Source of the DNA: a virus
Taxonomy: Duplodnaviria; Caudoviricetes
IMG/VR virus record: IMGVR_UViG_3300014962_000007
Location: 1 to 58,897 of that record
Direction: 5' to 3' (one strand)
Length of the DNA stretch: 58,897 nucleotides
How positions within the stretch are numbered: the first letter of the stretch is position 1; every line of letters starts with the position of its first letter. Below, one piece after another: positions 26,601 to 35,874 of the stretch. Made by a program: the position numbers and the translations under genes. Below the pieces are notes generated by a model. That model searched no databases and was not told the origin of the DNA. It saw only the letters and a list, made by a program, of their open reading frames with translations.

Positions 26601-29339
26601 CGCAACCGTCGTGGCGATTTCAGTGCTTTGCTCGGTCAGCATACCCGCAGCGTTGCGGCGAATGCCCTCAACGAACGCGTCGGTCCCACCGGTCAACGGG
26701 ACACCCTGCATGATTTTGTTCATGCCCGGAATACCCAACTTCTCAAACGCCACCTCCATGGAAGCCATCGCTGCCGTACGAAGGGCGTTTTCTTGTGTAG
26801 TCAATTTGCGATATGCGAATACCCCGTTCTTCTCTGCTTCTTCGGCGCTGGAATATGAATTACCCTCACTGAACCGGCTCGTGCTGATCACGGCACTGCC
26901 GCCCTCAACCCACGCGTTATTGGCAGCGATAGCACCGTTGGTAAGCAGGGAGGTGACGGGGCCACCCACGTAGAACGAACCGAACGACTCGACGAGCGAC
27001 GCGATACCCGCAGCGACAGGGCGCTCCATGCCGACCAACTTCGACATGTCGGTGTCTTTGCCCTTGGCCAAAATGTCCTGCATTTTGGTCAGCGTGGACG
27101 TGTCGGCACCAAGGGCGTCCCCAACCCATTGCGCGGCACGAACCCCAACCCCTGCGAGGTCAGCCGCCGCCATATTCATGCCGGTCTTGATGGTACCAAA
27201 GATGTTGGTGTAGTCGGACGCCTTGATCTCCCCGGTCGGGACGACTGAGAACGCCATGCTCTTGGTCTTGATGGCCTCGGGAGCTTCTTTGAGGACGTTG
27301 GCGATCACACCGAACGTCATCTGATCTGCGCCCTTGAGCATTTGCTGACGCTGGCTGTCCGTGGCGTTGAGGTACGCACCAATGAACTGGTTGTACTCGG
27401 CCTTTGTAAGATTAGCCGGGTTGAAGTTCTTGTAGTCCGTGACGTTGCTCAGAATCTTATCCGTGACGTAGTTGGTCACGGTATCGTTGACTTTGACAAG
27501 TGAACCTGCATTGGCCGAAGCGGCGGCTTCTTCCTTGGTCTGCGTGGTAAACGAGCTTGTCTTACCAGTGTCAGGGTTTGTCCACTCGAATGTGGCACCA
27601 GACCCCAGCGTCTTGCGGGCCATGGTGAAGGCTTCACCAAACGTCGCTGCATTCTTGATCTTGGTCTTGGACTCAGCATCAGACAGAATCTGATATGTAT
27701 TACCGTCCGGTGCCTTGAAATAGGTCATACCCGTAGCCGCAGCGGCTTTTTGTGCCGCAATGGTAGACGCATACTTGGAGCCGTCAAATACCTTGTCGGC
27801 TGCAACCGCCCCAGTGGACTTGTCAACTGCAGTGCCAGAAGCGTCGCCGTTGGCCAGCGCTTTGGCCGCATCGTTATTGATCGGTAGCCCTTTGAACTGC
27901 CCCACGCTTAGGAAATGCTCATAGGGGTCTTGGTCTGCTTTGAGGCCATTGATCTTGGCGTATTCGTCAGCTTTGAACTCGGGGTTCATCGCCTCAACAA
28001 ACGCACGGTTACTTGTGAAATAGATAGGGTCAAGCGCCTGCGTCAGTTTATCAACCGAAGTTTTGACTTCTTCCGATGCTTTTGTATACCCCAGAGTGAT
28101 TTCATCATGCTTTGTCTGGAGGTTAGTCAGCGCAGTGTTGTACTCTTGTAGCTTGGGGCGGTAGAAATCTGCGTAATCTTTGTTGAGGCTGGTGGTATAC
28201 GCATCAGCGGCGTTCTTTGCTGCGGTTGCAGCATCGAAGTTTGCCCGTGTTTTGTCGTTGTTGTATGTGGCAATCGCCCGTTCAGCTATATCGGCAAGAC
28301 GCTTTTGCTCGTCCAGTCGTATATTAAGTTGCGATGCCATGTTGTTGTAATCGGCAGCGGCGGTTTTTTGGTCGTTCTCGTTGGCTTCAAGGAGCGTGGC
28401 TTTTTCCTTGTAGCGGGCCATGGCGGTGTCAGTAGCGGTCGTTGCGTCTTTGAATGCGCCGGTTACCGTATCGCCCAGCGCCTTCGACCCGGCTTTGAGC
28501 ATAGCCGCACGCACTACGTTTGTCGGATTGCCTCCAGTTAACGCTGCCGATGCAGTGCCCATAAGAATATCTGACAGGATGGCTGTTTGCGTGCTGGACA
28601 ACTTTCCGTTGGGGTCAATCTGTTTGATGATGTCGGTGGTGAGCCCCGTAGCCGCAATTGCCGCGTTGATCACACCAGCCGATACGTTACCTCCAGACAA
28701 CTCGGTAGTGACCGCAGCGGAAATAATACGTTGTGCGGCATTGGGTAATTGCCTGAACCCAGAGACTTGCCCAAGAATTGCAGGTACGGCAGCGCCCGCG
28801 CCACCTGTAAGCGCGGCCTTCAATGGGTCTTGGCCGGTAACGACAGCTACAGCGGCAGAGCCCGCCGCAGCCCCAGCAAGTTCAGCGGCGAGCGCTGAAC
28901 TTGTCGCCATCCCGGCTTCTTGGGCCGCAAGCATTGCAGCTTGGCTTCCTGAAGTGCCATATTCGACCCCCGCAGCCGCTTCACCTGCGTACGCGCCTGC
29001 CGCCTTACCCACGTAGGAGCCAACTTCCTGCACCACATAGGCTTTGGCAGTAGCTTCAAGCACATCGCCAAGGTCGCCCCCTTTGATGGCCACATCGGCC
29101 CCTTCAATGAGGGGGAGCGCCCACTGCATACCCGGCGTAGTGATTGCCGCTATTTGTGCAAGCGTTTTGACCGGATTATCTAACGCGGACTCAATAACCT
29201 GACCTACGGTCGTCATCACCGGGTCAATGACTTCGTCAACAACCCAGCTAACCGCATCTCCGACTGCATCAAAGACATCCCCTACGGCATCTACTACCGC
29301 ACCCACAGCGTTTCCCAGTTCCTCTACGGGATCACACAT
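23685..29339 (-). CDS. very large repeat-rich internal virion protein (about 1884 aa)
   Basis: Start MCDPV (ATG 29339); Ala/Gly hydrophobic N-region, ~38-aa EA..(F/Y)...GY..TDAE..QFVG repeats, ~50-55-aa DAAL..AI...GTTEANLKAQ coiled-coil repeats, C-terminal YAKGG. Confidence 0.75.
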   Translation of the reverse strand: MCDPVEELGNAVGAVVDAVGDVFDAVGDAVSWVVDEVIDPVMTTVGQVIESALDNPVKTLAQIAAITTPGMQWALPLIEGADVAIKGGDLGDVLEATAKAYVVQEVGSYVGKAAGAYAGEAAAGVEYGTSGSQAAMLAAQEAGMATSSALAAELAGAAAGSAAVAVVTGQDPLKAALTGGAGAAVPAILGQVSGFRQLPNAAQRIISAAVTTELSGGNVSAGVINAAIAATGLTTDIIKQIDPNGKLSSTQTAILSDILMGTASAALTGGNPTNVVRAAMLKAGSKALGDTVTGAFKDATTATDTAMARYKEKATLLEANENDQKTAAADYNNMASQLNIRLDEQKRLADIAERAIATYNNDKTRANFDAATAAKNAADAYTTSLNKDYADFYRPKLQEYNTALTNLQTKHDEITLGYTKASEEVKTSVDKLTQALDPIYFTSNRAFVEAMNPEFKADEYAKINGLKADQDPYEHFLSVGQFKGLPINNDAAKALANGDASGTAVDKSTGAVAADKVFDGSKYASTIAAQKAAAATGMTYFKAPDGNTYQILSDAESKTKIKNAATFGEAFTMARKTLGSGATFEWTNPDTGKTSSFTTQTKEEAAASANAGSLVKVNDTVTNYVTDKILSNVTDYKNFNPANLTKAEYNQFIGAYLNATDSQRQQMLKGADQMTFGVIANVLKEAPEAIKTKSMAFSVVPTGEIKASDYTNIFGTIKTGMNMAAADLAGVGVRAAQWVGDALGADTSTLTKMQDILAKGKDTDMSKLVGMERPVAAGIASLVESFGSFYVGGPVTSLLTNGAIAANNAWVEGGSAVISTSRFSEGNSYSSAEEAEKNGVFAYRKLTTQENALRTAAMASMEVAFEKLGIPGMNKIMQGVPLTGGTDAFVEGIRRNAAGMLTEQSTEIATTVAQLTFDKVSSFGLAQNATFADYARAVGDTIVSVAVTVGGSTSAATLLNNVRNASMVLRDESSIGVTPLTYNSVVAKDATGQNVTLAELLTANSIANFADPNANADLAKLTPVADLRSVVNLGDMNVKLGDLLNGTQTVSRTTDVLTESAVAEIFRASNFVPNDNTVKGFVGQPASTATFTNINKFVDQNKLDAKEVIEVAKKEGVTLTEAQAQQYVQQGDEAALSAKLASQLDPTATTFEEAKSFFAQRGYVPTDAEINQFVGARAEAAQATAIGEYVNPRQVTEAEARKYLTDLGYKSTDAEVKQFVGQVNESEQAKAIREYVDPRMVDEGEAKAAYDALGLKRPTQADVQKLLGQYSESELAGKAKANLDPARYNSIMEQLDTLAKQSGVDPAVLETIKKDLNSQITALGGDVSKLSGQVGTLQTDLAQTEKDILAEVAKNEQSGMTRDAALQKAIETVAASQKTDTATLTSKIAGVQTALGTEIKTLQSSLDKTKTDILTQVAQNEQAGMTRDAALQKAISDVAATQKTDTASLLTRLGTTEANLKAQFATQISGLDTKLTAAIADAKASGLAGDAALKAAIDKVAADQGTTAANLLAKIGTTEAALKSQFATQIAGVQTQISNVQASLTKAIADAQAAGLQGDAALQAAIDKVAGNLGTTKADLLAQMGTTEANLKAQFATQIGAVQQQVTDVQKAIADQMAAYEKAGLARDDALSLAVTTVANNLGTTKTDLLTKIGTTEANLKAQITGISADVQAKYDALTAEQKALAAQLQQQGVDLNTAIQQAQQQTQTQISGLTQDVQTKYDTLTQGQKDLATQLQQQGFDLNTAIQLARSESAAGFKDVFGQMATNQAATQKAIADAQAAAAADAEKTRQAQAAAALKTQRVGNLNSMMGMLTQAPDVSGQQVTVKAADPTKIGYIYDWNSIFANPSQEKMFASPYGAYAKGGVVGDDILDANEELLKILRG

Positions 29340-29835
29340 TGGCACCACCTTCCAATGTCATCTGTAAGACCACGCGCCCCTGTGCGGTCTTGGTTGTCTT
29401 CATCTCGTCTCCATCAGACTTGATTTTTTGGAACGCCTGACGCAGTATCCGAGTAATTGCCGGGCTACGGTAAATGGCAACGATTTCAGTAACTCCGCTG
29501 CTGACCAACCGTGTAAGCCCTTCAGCTACGTTGTCCACCATGTTTTGCATAGTATCGGCGTTCATCGCCCACACCATTGCTTTATTACTGTTTTCTCCCG
29601 AACCACGCTTGTACAAAAAGAAAGTATTCCCAATGATTGCCCCCTCGGCATTCATCTTTGAGATGGCCGCAGCAGTAGCTATCATCCAGATTTTGAAGTC
29701 TTTGGTTGGCCCGTTGCCGGGGTCGTTGGAGTGGTACGTGTGCAGAATCTGCCCGTAGTCCAACTGTTCTTTGCGGCTGTCAACAAGTTTCATGGGCGGT
29801 GCCGGTTTGTGGGGGTTGGTAGAGTTTACCGCCAA
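29332..29835 (-). CDS. hypothetical protein, possible GNAT-like fold (T7 gp13-like position)
   Basis: 167 aa alpha/beta pattern, between tail genes and internal proteins; start uncertain (TTG 29835 or ATG 29793). Confidence 0.55.
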   Translation of the reverse strand: MAVNSTNPHKPAPPMKLVDSRKEQLDYGQILHTYHSNDPGNGPTKDFKIWMIATAAAISKMNAEGAIIGNTFFLYKRGSGENSNKAMVWAMNADTMQNMVDNVAEGLTRLVSSGVTEIVAIYRSPAITRILRQAFQKIKSDGDEMKTTKTAQGRVVLQMTLEGGANV

Positions 29836-29858
29836 GACGCCTCACCGTATACCCCCAG

Positions 29859-30536
29859 TTACACGGCGCTCACGAATGATAGCGTGGCCACCACTGACGG
29901 GATTGAAGGCATGGCGAACGGAGAAGTTCGCGCGGCGTAGGCTTCCATGTAAACGCCGCTGGTCGTGGCGGGCACGTAGGCTTGGGATACCGCAGCCCAC
30001 ATTTCCACAGTGTCTTGTGCAGCGAGTTCGACGTAGAAGTTGGCCGCAGCGATTACATACCCGTCACTGGAGCCGTGCTTCGAGGTAATGTCCCACTTGC
30101 TGCCGGTGCCGGGAACGTCCACACCGTTCCTGCGCAGCCAGACGTATGCCGTGTGAATCTGCGAGTCCGTGTTGGCAAACTGGATGCTGAACTGATAGTT
30201 ATAGATGCCCGGCTGCTGTACCGCGATACCGTCGGTGCCATCGTTGGTGCACACAGACAAGAAGTCGTTTTGGTCGAACGTGATTTGCGTAGCAGTATTG
30301 GCTGTAAACGTCTTATCCGTTGTGCGTTGGATGGCAGCGTACGGGTAGTACAGGTAGCCACCACCGGGCAGGGCGTCACCAAGCGCAGGGCTGATGAGCG
30401 AGTTGTACGACTGCGCGAGGCGGTTGTAGAACAGGCGGTGGACGTTGTTCAGTTGATCTTGATACGGGCGATCGTACGCATCCGTCGCCTGCGGTAGGGC
30501 AGGCGGGGCGACCTTCTGAATGACCGCTGCACTCAT
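29859..30536 (-). CDS. virion/tail protein with C1q/TNF-like beta-sandwich C-terminus
   Basis: PPALP...Y...NNVHRLFYNRL N-region, then GIYNYQFSIQF...VWLRRNG...DTVEMW. Confidence 0.65.
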   Translation of the reverse strand: MSAAVIQKVAPPALPQATDAYDRPYQDQLNNVHRLFYNRLAQSYNSLISPALGDALPGGGYLYYPYAAIQRTTDKTFTANTATQITFDQNDFLSVCTNDGTDGIAVQQPGIYNYQFSIQFANTDSQIHTAYVWLRRNGVDVPGTGSKWDITSKHGSSDGYVIAAANFYVELAAQDTVEMWAAVSQAYVPATTSGVYMEAYAARTSPFAMPSIPSVVATLSFVSAV

Positions 30537-32638
30537 CGTTTACCGTCCGCACGCATGTCGATGCGGGGGGAGCCCAACTGCCAATTCACGCCAAGCTCCG
30601 TGGACTCTACCTTCATGGCCATCTGACGACCACGCACCCGAGTGAAAATCTGGCCAGTGAACTGCTCAATCGGCAGCACCGCTGTGCGAGTGACAGAGGC
30701 AAAGCTCTGGTTGGCCACTGAGTGGTTGGCGTTGATCGCTTGGTTGACAGAGTACCCAGACCCCGAGTTCTTCAGGGGCAACAGGTACATGGTCATGTTG
30801 GGGTTCTCAGCCGTTGACCCAGCAAACGTCACGTCGGGCAGCACGCGCCACACAAACATGAACTGATGCCCATCATCAAGGTCAAATTCGGCGGACGTGA
30901 TCGACGCAGTGATCGGCATTGGAGTGCCGGTCATATTGTCATCGACACCTTCCTCGTGGTTCACGAGGTTGTTGGCGTAAGTTGCAGCCAATGGGTAGTT
31001 GCGCAGCCCGGAATCTAGCCATGCCGTACGCGCCATGGTGCCGTAGTACCAGACATTCTCGGCGTAGTTGTAGATGACGTACTTGTCGATGTCGGTGGAA
31101 TTCTCCGAGCAGTAGAACCACCACACCTCGTTGAAGCCCTCGTTGGTACCAGCGAACACTTGGGCGTACTGCTGAATGTTGATGTCCTCGAAGATGAACT
31201 TGCGCAGGTCACAGTTGAGGGTCTGGGTGCGACCATCGTACTTGTAGAACTTGTCCTTACCCATCCAGTAGGACACACCGTTGGCATACGCCACAGCGTT
31301 CTGACCGACGATCGAGATGTTCTCGCCAACAAGTTGACCACCCCAAACAATCGGGGCTCCGACGTACTGAAGGGAATACAGGGCGGCGTCAGTCCACACC
31401 AGAACTTCTTGACGTGCCTGTATGGCGGTGATGATTTCAGAACCACGCGACAAGCGGAGGAACCCCGCTTGGTTAGTCGGGGCGGGGGTCCAGTTGAACG
31501 GGTCTTCCTGATCGCACCAGCGGATCAACATGGGATCAACCGTGGTCGATCCGTAGTCGTTGCAACCGAACGCAAACACGAAACGGCTGATGTCCGACAC
31601 GAGTAGATAGTTTTGCTTGCTCGGGACATCCGTTGCCCCACCAAAGTCAGAGAGCTTGTACGCATTTGGTGCGATTCGGTAGACGCCGGTTCCAGCCATT
31701 GTCACGTTAACCAGCGCACCTGCGGGTGTGCTTGATATGTTGAATGTTATGCCCGACGCATTGCGGACATAGTACAGTTGCCCCGGAACAATCCCCGCAG
31801 GCAGGGTTGCAGAGGCGTCGGGGATGATGCGAATTGGCATACCGTCAGGGTATACGGCGCTGGCCGTGATGACCGTTGGGCTGGCAACCGATGCTGAAAT
31901 CGTGTCGCCGCCAAGCGTCACGCTTGCATCCCAGTAATAAATGCTGTTGCCATGCGGCCCAAAGATCAAGTCTTCGCCAAAGTTTTGCTGACTCCACAGA
32001 CGGATCGCTTCTGTAGAGCTCGTACCGACACCCCAAGTGCCAGAGCCCCACGCGCCTGCGCCCCAGCCCAGAAGTGGAACAACGTACGCTGGGCCGGTGC
32101 TGACTTGATAGACGGCGTACACCGTGCCGCCAAGACCAGAACCGCTAGCATTTGCCGCAGTGCCAGTGTCAATCGTGTACGTGTTAGTTCCAGAAATCGT
32201 CAACTGGTACTGGCCGTAAATGGTTATGCCGTTTACGGTGACCGCCGGATAGAAGGCAACAAAGTCCCCGTCGTTGTAGGCGCTGCCAGCATCCGTCACC
32301 TCAACAATCGGAGACCCACTGGTGGTTTCAAACGGGTTGGTCAGTGTCGAGGCGTCGCGGATTGGCGTGATGTCGTTGTAGACACCGCCCGACTCGATGT
32401 AAAACTTCAGGTTCGTGCCGACACCAACAAGGCTTTCGCCCGCAAGTGTGGCCCAGTTCCATAGGGACCGGCACACACCAAGAAACGTCTTTGTAGAAAT
32501 GCGCGTCCACCCGCCGATCTTTTCTGGCGTTCCTTGACGGAAGCGAATTTTGTCGCTTTCATACCATCCACCTTCGTTGGTATAGCGAGTGTTCTCCCGG
32601 TTGACACCGGGCCTAAGAAGTAGCTTTTTGAGTGGCAT
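30533..32638 (-). CDS. tail nozzle/stabilisation protein (P22 gp10/T7 gp12-like)
   Basis: 701 aa beta-rich; PGVNRENT...W...DKIRFRQG.PEKIGGW, IRWCDQED, NEVWWFY propeller-like segments. Confidence 0.7.
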   Translation of the reverse strand: MPLKKLLLRPGVNRENTRYTNEGGWYESDKIRFRQGTPEKIGGWTRISTKTFLGVCRSLWNWATLAGESLVGVGTNLKFYIESGGVYNDITPIRDASTLTNPFETTSGSPIVEVTDAGSAYNDGDFVAFYPAVTVNGITIYGQYQLTISGTNTYTIDTGTAANASGSGLGGTVYAVYQVSTGPAYVVPLLGWGAGAWGSGTWGVGTSSTEAIRLWSQQNFGEDLIFGPHGNSIYYWDASVTLGGDTISASVASPTVITASAVYPDGMPIRIIPDASATLPAGIVPGQLYYVRNASGITFNISSTPAGALVNVTMAGTGVYRIAPNAYKLSDFGGATDVPSKQNYLLVSDISRFVFAFGCNDYGSTTVDPMLIRWCDQEDPFNWTPAPTNQAGFLRLSRGSEIITAIQARQEVLVWTDAALYSLQYVGAPIVWGGQLVGENISIVGQNAVAYANGVSYWMGKDKFYKYDGRTQTLNCDLRKFIFEDINIQQYAQVFAGTNEGFNEVWWFYCSENSTDIDKYVIYNYAENVWYYGTMARTAWLDSGLRNYPLAATYANNLVNHEEGVDDNMTGTPMPITASITSAEFDLDDGHQFMFVWRVLPDVTFAGSTAENPNMTMYLLPLKNSGSGYSVNQAINANHSVANQSFASVTRTAVLPIEQFTGQIFTRVRGRQMAMKVESTELGVNWQLGSPRIDMRADGKR

Positions 32639-32647
32639 AGAGCACCT

Positions 32648-33064
32648 TTACCTGCCGGCAACGCCTTTGGTTTTCTCAAAAGACCGCATCCCAGCGATGC
32701 CCAATATACCCGATAGTATCACCCACAGCTGGTCGGCGTCCAGCGGCTTAGGCGGTCCCATCTCCTTGGGAATCCAGCCCATCCCCTGCAGGTAGGTCCA
32801 TCCCCAAAGCATCAAGGGATACAGCAAGAACTGATAGGCCATGGCCGCAGCGCCGATCCACCCAATCGCTGGCCTCCAGCCTGCGACGAAGATGCTGCTG
32901 TGCTGGGCCTCTGTGCGGTTGACCTCGATCTGAGCAAGATCAATCGACTGATCAAGTTCCTTGGCCCGAAGCTCAAGTTCCAGCCGCTCCTTGTCGGATG
33001 TGTGCAAATCCCCGATGACCTTGCCAACGGAGTCAATGACGGTGCCGATGCCCAGCAGGTTCAT
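32648..33064 (-). CDS. holin (3TM, GTA-holin-like)
   Basis: IFVAGWRPAIGW...YQFLLYPL...LSGILGIAGMRSFEK; adjacent to endolysin. Confidence 0.8.
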   Translation of the reverse strand: MNLLGIGTVIDSVGKVIGDLHTSDKERLELELRAKELDQSIDLAQIEVNRTEAQHSSIFVAGWRPAIGWIGAAAMAYQFLLYPLMLWGWTYLQGMGWIPKEMGPPKPLDADQLWVILSGILGIAGMRSFEKTKGVAGR

Positions 33065-33567
33065 GCTTTCAGTCCGTTGAGGGTGCGATTGATCCAGCCT
33101 AGCAGAAACTTCATCTGGGTGCGATCGCGCTGCACGATGTCGCGGTAGCGTGTGATCTTGGCAATCGCATAGGACAGCACGAACTTTTCCGGGTCTGCAG
33201 CATTGAGCGCGGCAACCGTACGGGGACCGATCGCACCATCCGGTGTTGCCCCAACAACCAGCTGGGCCAAAACCTTGGCAGGTCGCCCGGTGTTGACGTA
33301 AAAGTTAAAGATGTCGGAGGCCACGGCCTGATGCGTGATCTCGTCGCCCCGGATGTCATCCCAGAAGTGCCGTTTGTAGAAGTCCCGAACCACTTGAGCA
33401 GACGGAGTGCCACCAGAGTCAATGACGCCCCAACCGGACCAGTTTGGATGCATGTTTCGTGCAATACCCGCGTATGTCTGCCCGCCCCAGTCACCCGAGA
33501 CGGTGTGCAACACATAACCCCCTTCATCACGGATCATGCGCTCAAACGCGGGATTGAAGTCAGCCAT
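33061..33567 (-). CDS. endolysin, glycoside hydrolase family 108 with peptidoglycan-binding C-terminus
   Basis: EGGYV...D.GG.TYAGI catalytic motif; DGAIGPRT; FLLGWINR. Confidence 0.9.
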   Translation of the reverse strand: MADFNPAFERMIRDEGGYVLHTVSGDWGGQTYAGIARNMHPNWSGWGVIDSGGTPSAQVVRDFYKRHFWDDIRGDEITHQAVASDIFNFYVNTGRPAKVLAQLVVGATPDGAIGPRTVAALNAADPEKFVLSYAIAKITRYRDIVQRDRTQMKFLLGWINRTLNGLKA

Positions 33568-35620
33568 AGAACATCATAAACATATTGCCCGAACCTTGCA
33601 TCGGGTTGGCAGTGAAGATGACGTTTAGGTTGTTTCCGCCATCTGTCGAATTTGCACCGACATAGAACCTGTTTGCCTGATTGACAACAATATCCTGTAC
33701 GCTCATATAGTCAATGGCGGTCGTGGCTTCCGTCAAATTAATAATGCGTTGCGTCCCTGCTGTTTGAGACTTAACAGTGACGACGTTTCCAGAAGTCCCG
33801 GTAACAGTCCATTTTTGTATGGTTCCTTGATCTGCAGAGAACTCAATCGTATGAGCAACAGGCTTTGTAGAAGCAAGCTCTGTAAAACTATTACTTCCAG
33901 CAATACGAAGAGTGGATATCCCGGTAGCGCCAGCAATGGTCAGCTTGTTGTATGAAAGATCGCCACCAGTAAAAGTTCTTGACGAAGTACCAGTGTTAGA
34001 CGCAACAATGTTTGCTGTGTTTTTATTGAACGTAAGGTTTGTTCCTCCAATATTCCAAGTAGTAACAACAGACGCCCCTGTAACTGTCCATGTACCGGAA
34101 CCCATGGTTAAGGTTCTTACATTATCATTGTTTGAGGAAAAATGTGTACACGTTACATTATACCCATTTGCATCAAACGTACCTCCAGTCAAATATAAAC
34201 CAGTAAAAAAGATACCAGACTCTGTTAGCGCATCCAACAATCTAAATGTCCCACCAACCGTATTTACATGGATTAGTACCGGGAATGTTAAACCTGCGCT
34301 GGTTAGAGTTGTTGTTCCGCCACGCGTATAAAAATAAATAATACCTGTGGTCGAAGACAAAGTGAGCGATGAACTCAAAGTCAACGATCCAAACAAATAA
34401 GCAAGATTGTTAATACTTACAGTAAGGCTCGTTGTCCTGCTGGAAAAATCAATCGCTCCGGTGTTATACCCAGCAATATCTAATGATGTTGGGGTCGGGC
34501 TATTGTCAATAACCGCTGTATCTTGCGCCAATGGAAAATTGTTATTGCTACCCCCACCACCTGATGTAAGCGCCCAAGAAGAAGAGCCGCCCCACGTTGT
34601 GTTTGTTCCAACCCTATAAACAGTCTTTGCAGCTGGAAACGTAATCCCAGAGTTGCCGCCAAGATTTCCTGCACGGGTAGGACTTGCGCCTGCTGCTGCG
34701 CCAGCAAGCGTTATGTCTCCAAAGTCACAATCGTTTGCTGAAATGCTTGCCGCAGTTATGGTTCTTGTTGTTCCTAATGTGTCAGATTGCAATGCTCCAC
34801 GCTGAATTGCGGAAGAGCCCGCACAGGTGAGCGCCCCACTTACTGTCTGGTTGCTATCAAACGTAAGGGTGCTTGTGCCTGTTGCGCTTGCAGTCAAGGA
34901 CAGGTTATTAAATGTATTTGCACCAGTAATTGCCCTTGTTCCAGCGGTTGTGCCTGTAAATGAAACATTGTAAAAAGTAACGCCAGCCCCGGCAACAGTG
35001 GGGCTCGCTGAAGTTAAGTTTATTTGTGACGTTCCCGCAGAGAATGTAAGGCTACCGGTGTTGGAAAAATTAACTACAGAAGTATTATTGCCACTCAAAC
35101 TTACAGTGCTTGACCCAAGAGTAATTGACCTTGTGTTACTAGAGTTAGATGTTAAAGTCGCTGCTGTTACGCTGTAGTTTGCTGTGGCAAATGTTCCTTG
35201 CGATACGTTAATACCTCTGGTGCTGGTGTTTATTGCGTCACCGAGAGTGATGGTAATGCCGCTGCCGTCTACAACCACGCCACTAAAAGTTTTTCCAGCA
35301 GTGGTAAGTGTCCCAGTGCCAGTAAAAGTCATCGTTCCAGTGTGCGAGTAGGTCATTCCCGCAACCAAAGTCACGCCTCCCGCAACGGTAATTGCAGCAG
35401 ACCCGGTAAGGGTGCCCGCAAAACCGGTGCAAGTAATGCTCTTAGCCCCAGTGTTGCCAGCAGCAATCGTGCAAGTTCCTGTGGACAGGTTAGTGAAGAA
35501 CACATCATCGGCGGTTGTAGGAACCGATTGGCCCCCAGCCCCACCTGACGTAGCCGCCCACTTGGTTCCGGCTGTGCCATCCCAGCTTGCCGTTCCGCCA
35601 ACCCAATATCGGTTTGCCAT
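33560..35620 (-). CDS. tail fibre/spike-like beta-helix protein
   Basis: MANRYWVGG...W...SGG..G.SVP..DDVFF start, Thr/Gly/Ser/Asn-rich strands, internal second W..TSGG unit; AT-richer DNA. Confidence 0.7.
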   Translation of the reverse strand: MANRYWVGGTASWDGTAGTKWAATSGGAGGQSVPTTADDVFFTNLSTGTCTIAAGNTGAKSITCTGFAGTLTGSAAITVAGGVTLVAGMTYSHTGTMTFTGTGTLTTAGKTFSGVVVDGSGITITLGDAINTSTRGINVSQGTFATANYSVTAATLTSNSSNTRSITLGSSTVSLSGNNTSVVNFSNTGSLTFSAGTSQINLTSASPTVAGAGVTFYNVSFTGTTAGTRAITGANTFNNLSLTASATGTSTLTFDSNQTVSGALTCAGSSAIQRGALQSDTLGTTRTITAASISANDCDFGDITLAGAAAGASPTRAGNLGGNSGITFPAAKTVYRVGTNTTWGGSSSWALTSGGGGSNNNFPLAQDTAVIDNSPTPTSLDIAGYNTGAIDFSSRTTSLTVSINNLAYLFGSLTLSSSLTLSSTTGIIYFYTRGGTTTLTSAGLTFPVLIHVNTVGGTFRLLDALTESGIFFTGLYLTGGTFDANGYNVTCTHFSSNNDNVRTLTMGSGTWTVTGASVVTTWNIGGTNLTFNKNTANIVASNTGTSSRTFTGGDLSYNKLTIAGATGISTLRIAGSNSFTELASTKPVAHTIEFSADQGTIQKWTVTGTSGNVVTVKSQTAGTQRIINLTEATTAIDYMSVQDIVVNQANRFYVGANSTDGGNNLNVIFTANPMQGSGNMFMMFYG

Positions 35621-35622
35621 AT

Positions 35623-35865
35623 TCAACCCCCGATCGGTTTAAGCAGTATTTGTCCACCGACCTCAACTTTTTCGTAAGTTATGCCGTCGATTACCACTGT
35701 CATAGTTTCCGGTGTTTGGGGGTTTTCAACTGATTGCAGCCAGCTATTCACCCGCGCCGTTTGCATCTCAACAATCTGCTCTTCGGTGTATGTGTGATCA
35801 TCCGGCAAATAGAGGGCGTCTCGAAAAACGCCGTAAGCAGTGTTGTATTCAAAATCAATTTTCAT
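35623..35865 (-). CDS. small tail-associated protein
   Basis: 80 aa between two fibre genes. Confidence 0.65.
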   Translation of the reverse strand: MKIDFEYNTAYGVFRDALYLPDDHTYTEEQIVEMQTARVNSWLQSVENPQTPETMTVVIDGITYEKVEVGGQILLKPIGG

Positions 35866-35874
35866 TTTTTCACC

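Noticed and set aside
13436-29339. Virion RNA polymerase (N4-like) reading hairpin promoters
   Set aside because: No DxDGD or T7-type polymerase motifs seen in the large proteins; early genes have consensus sigma70 promoters.
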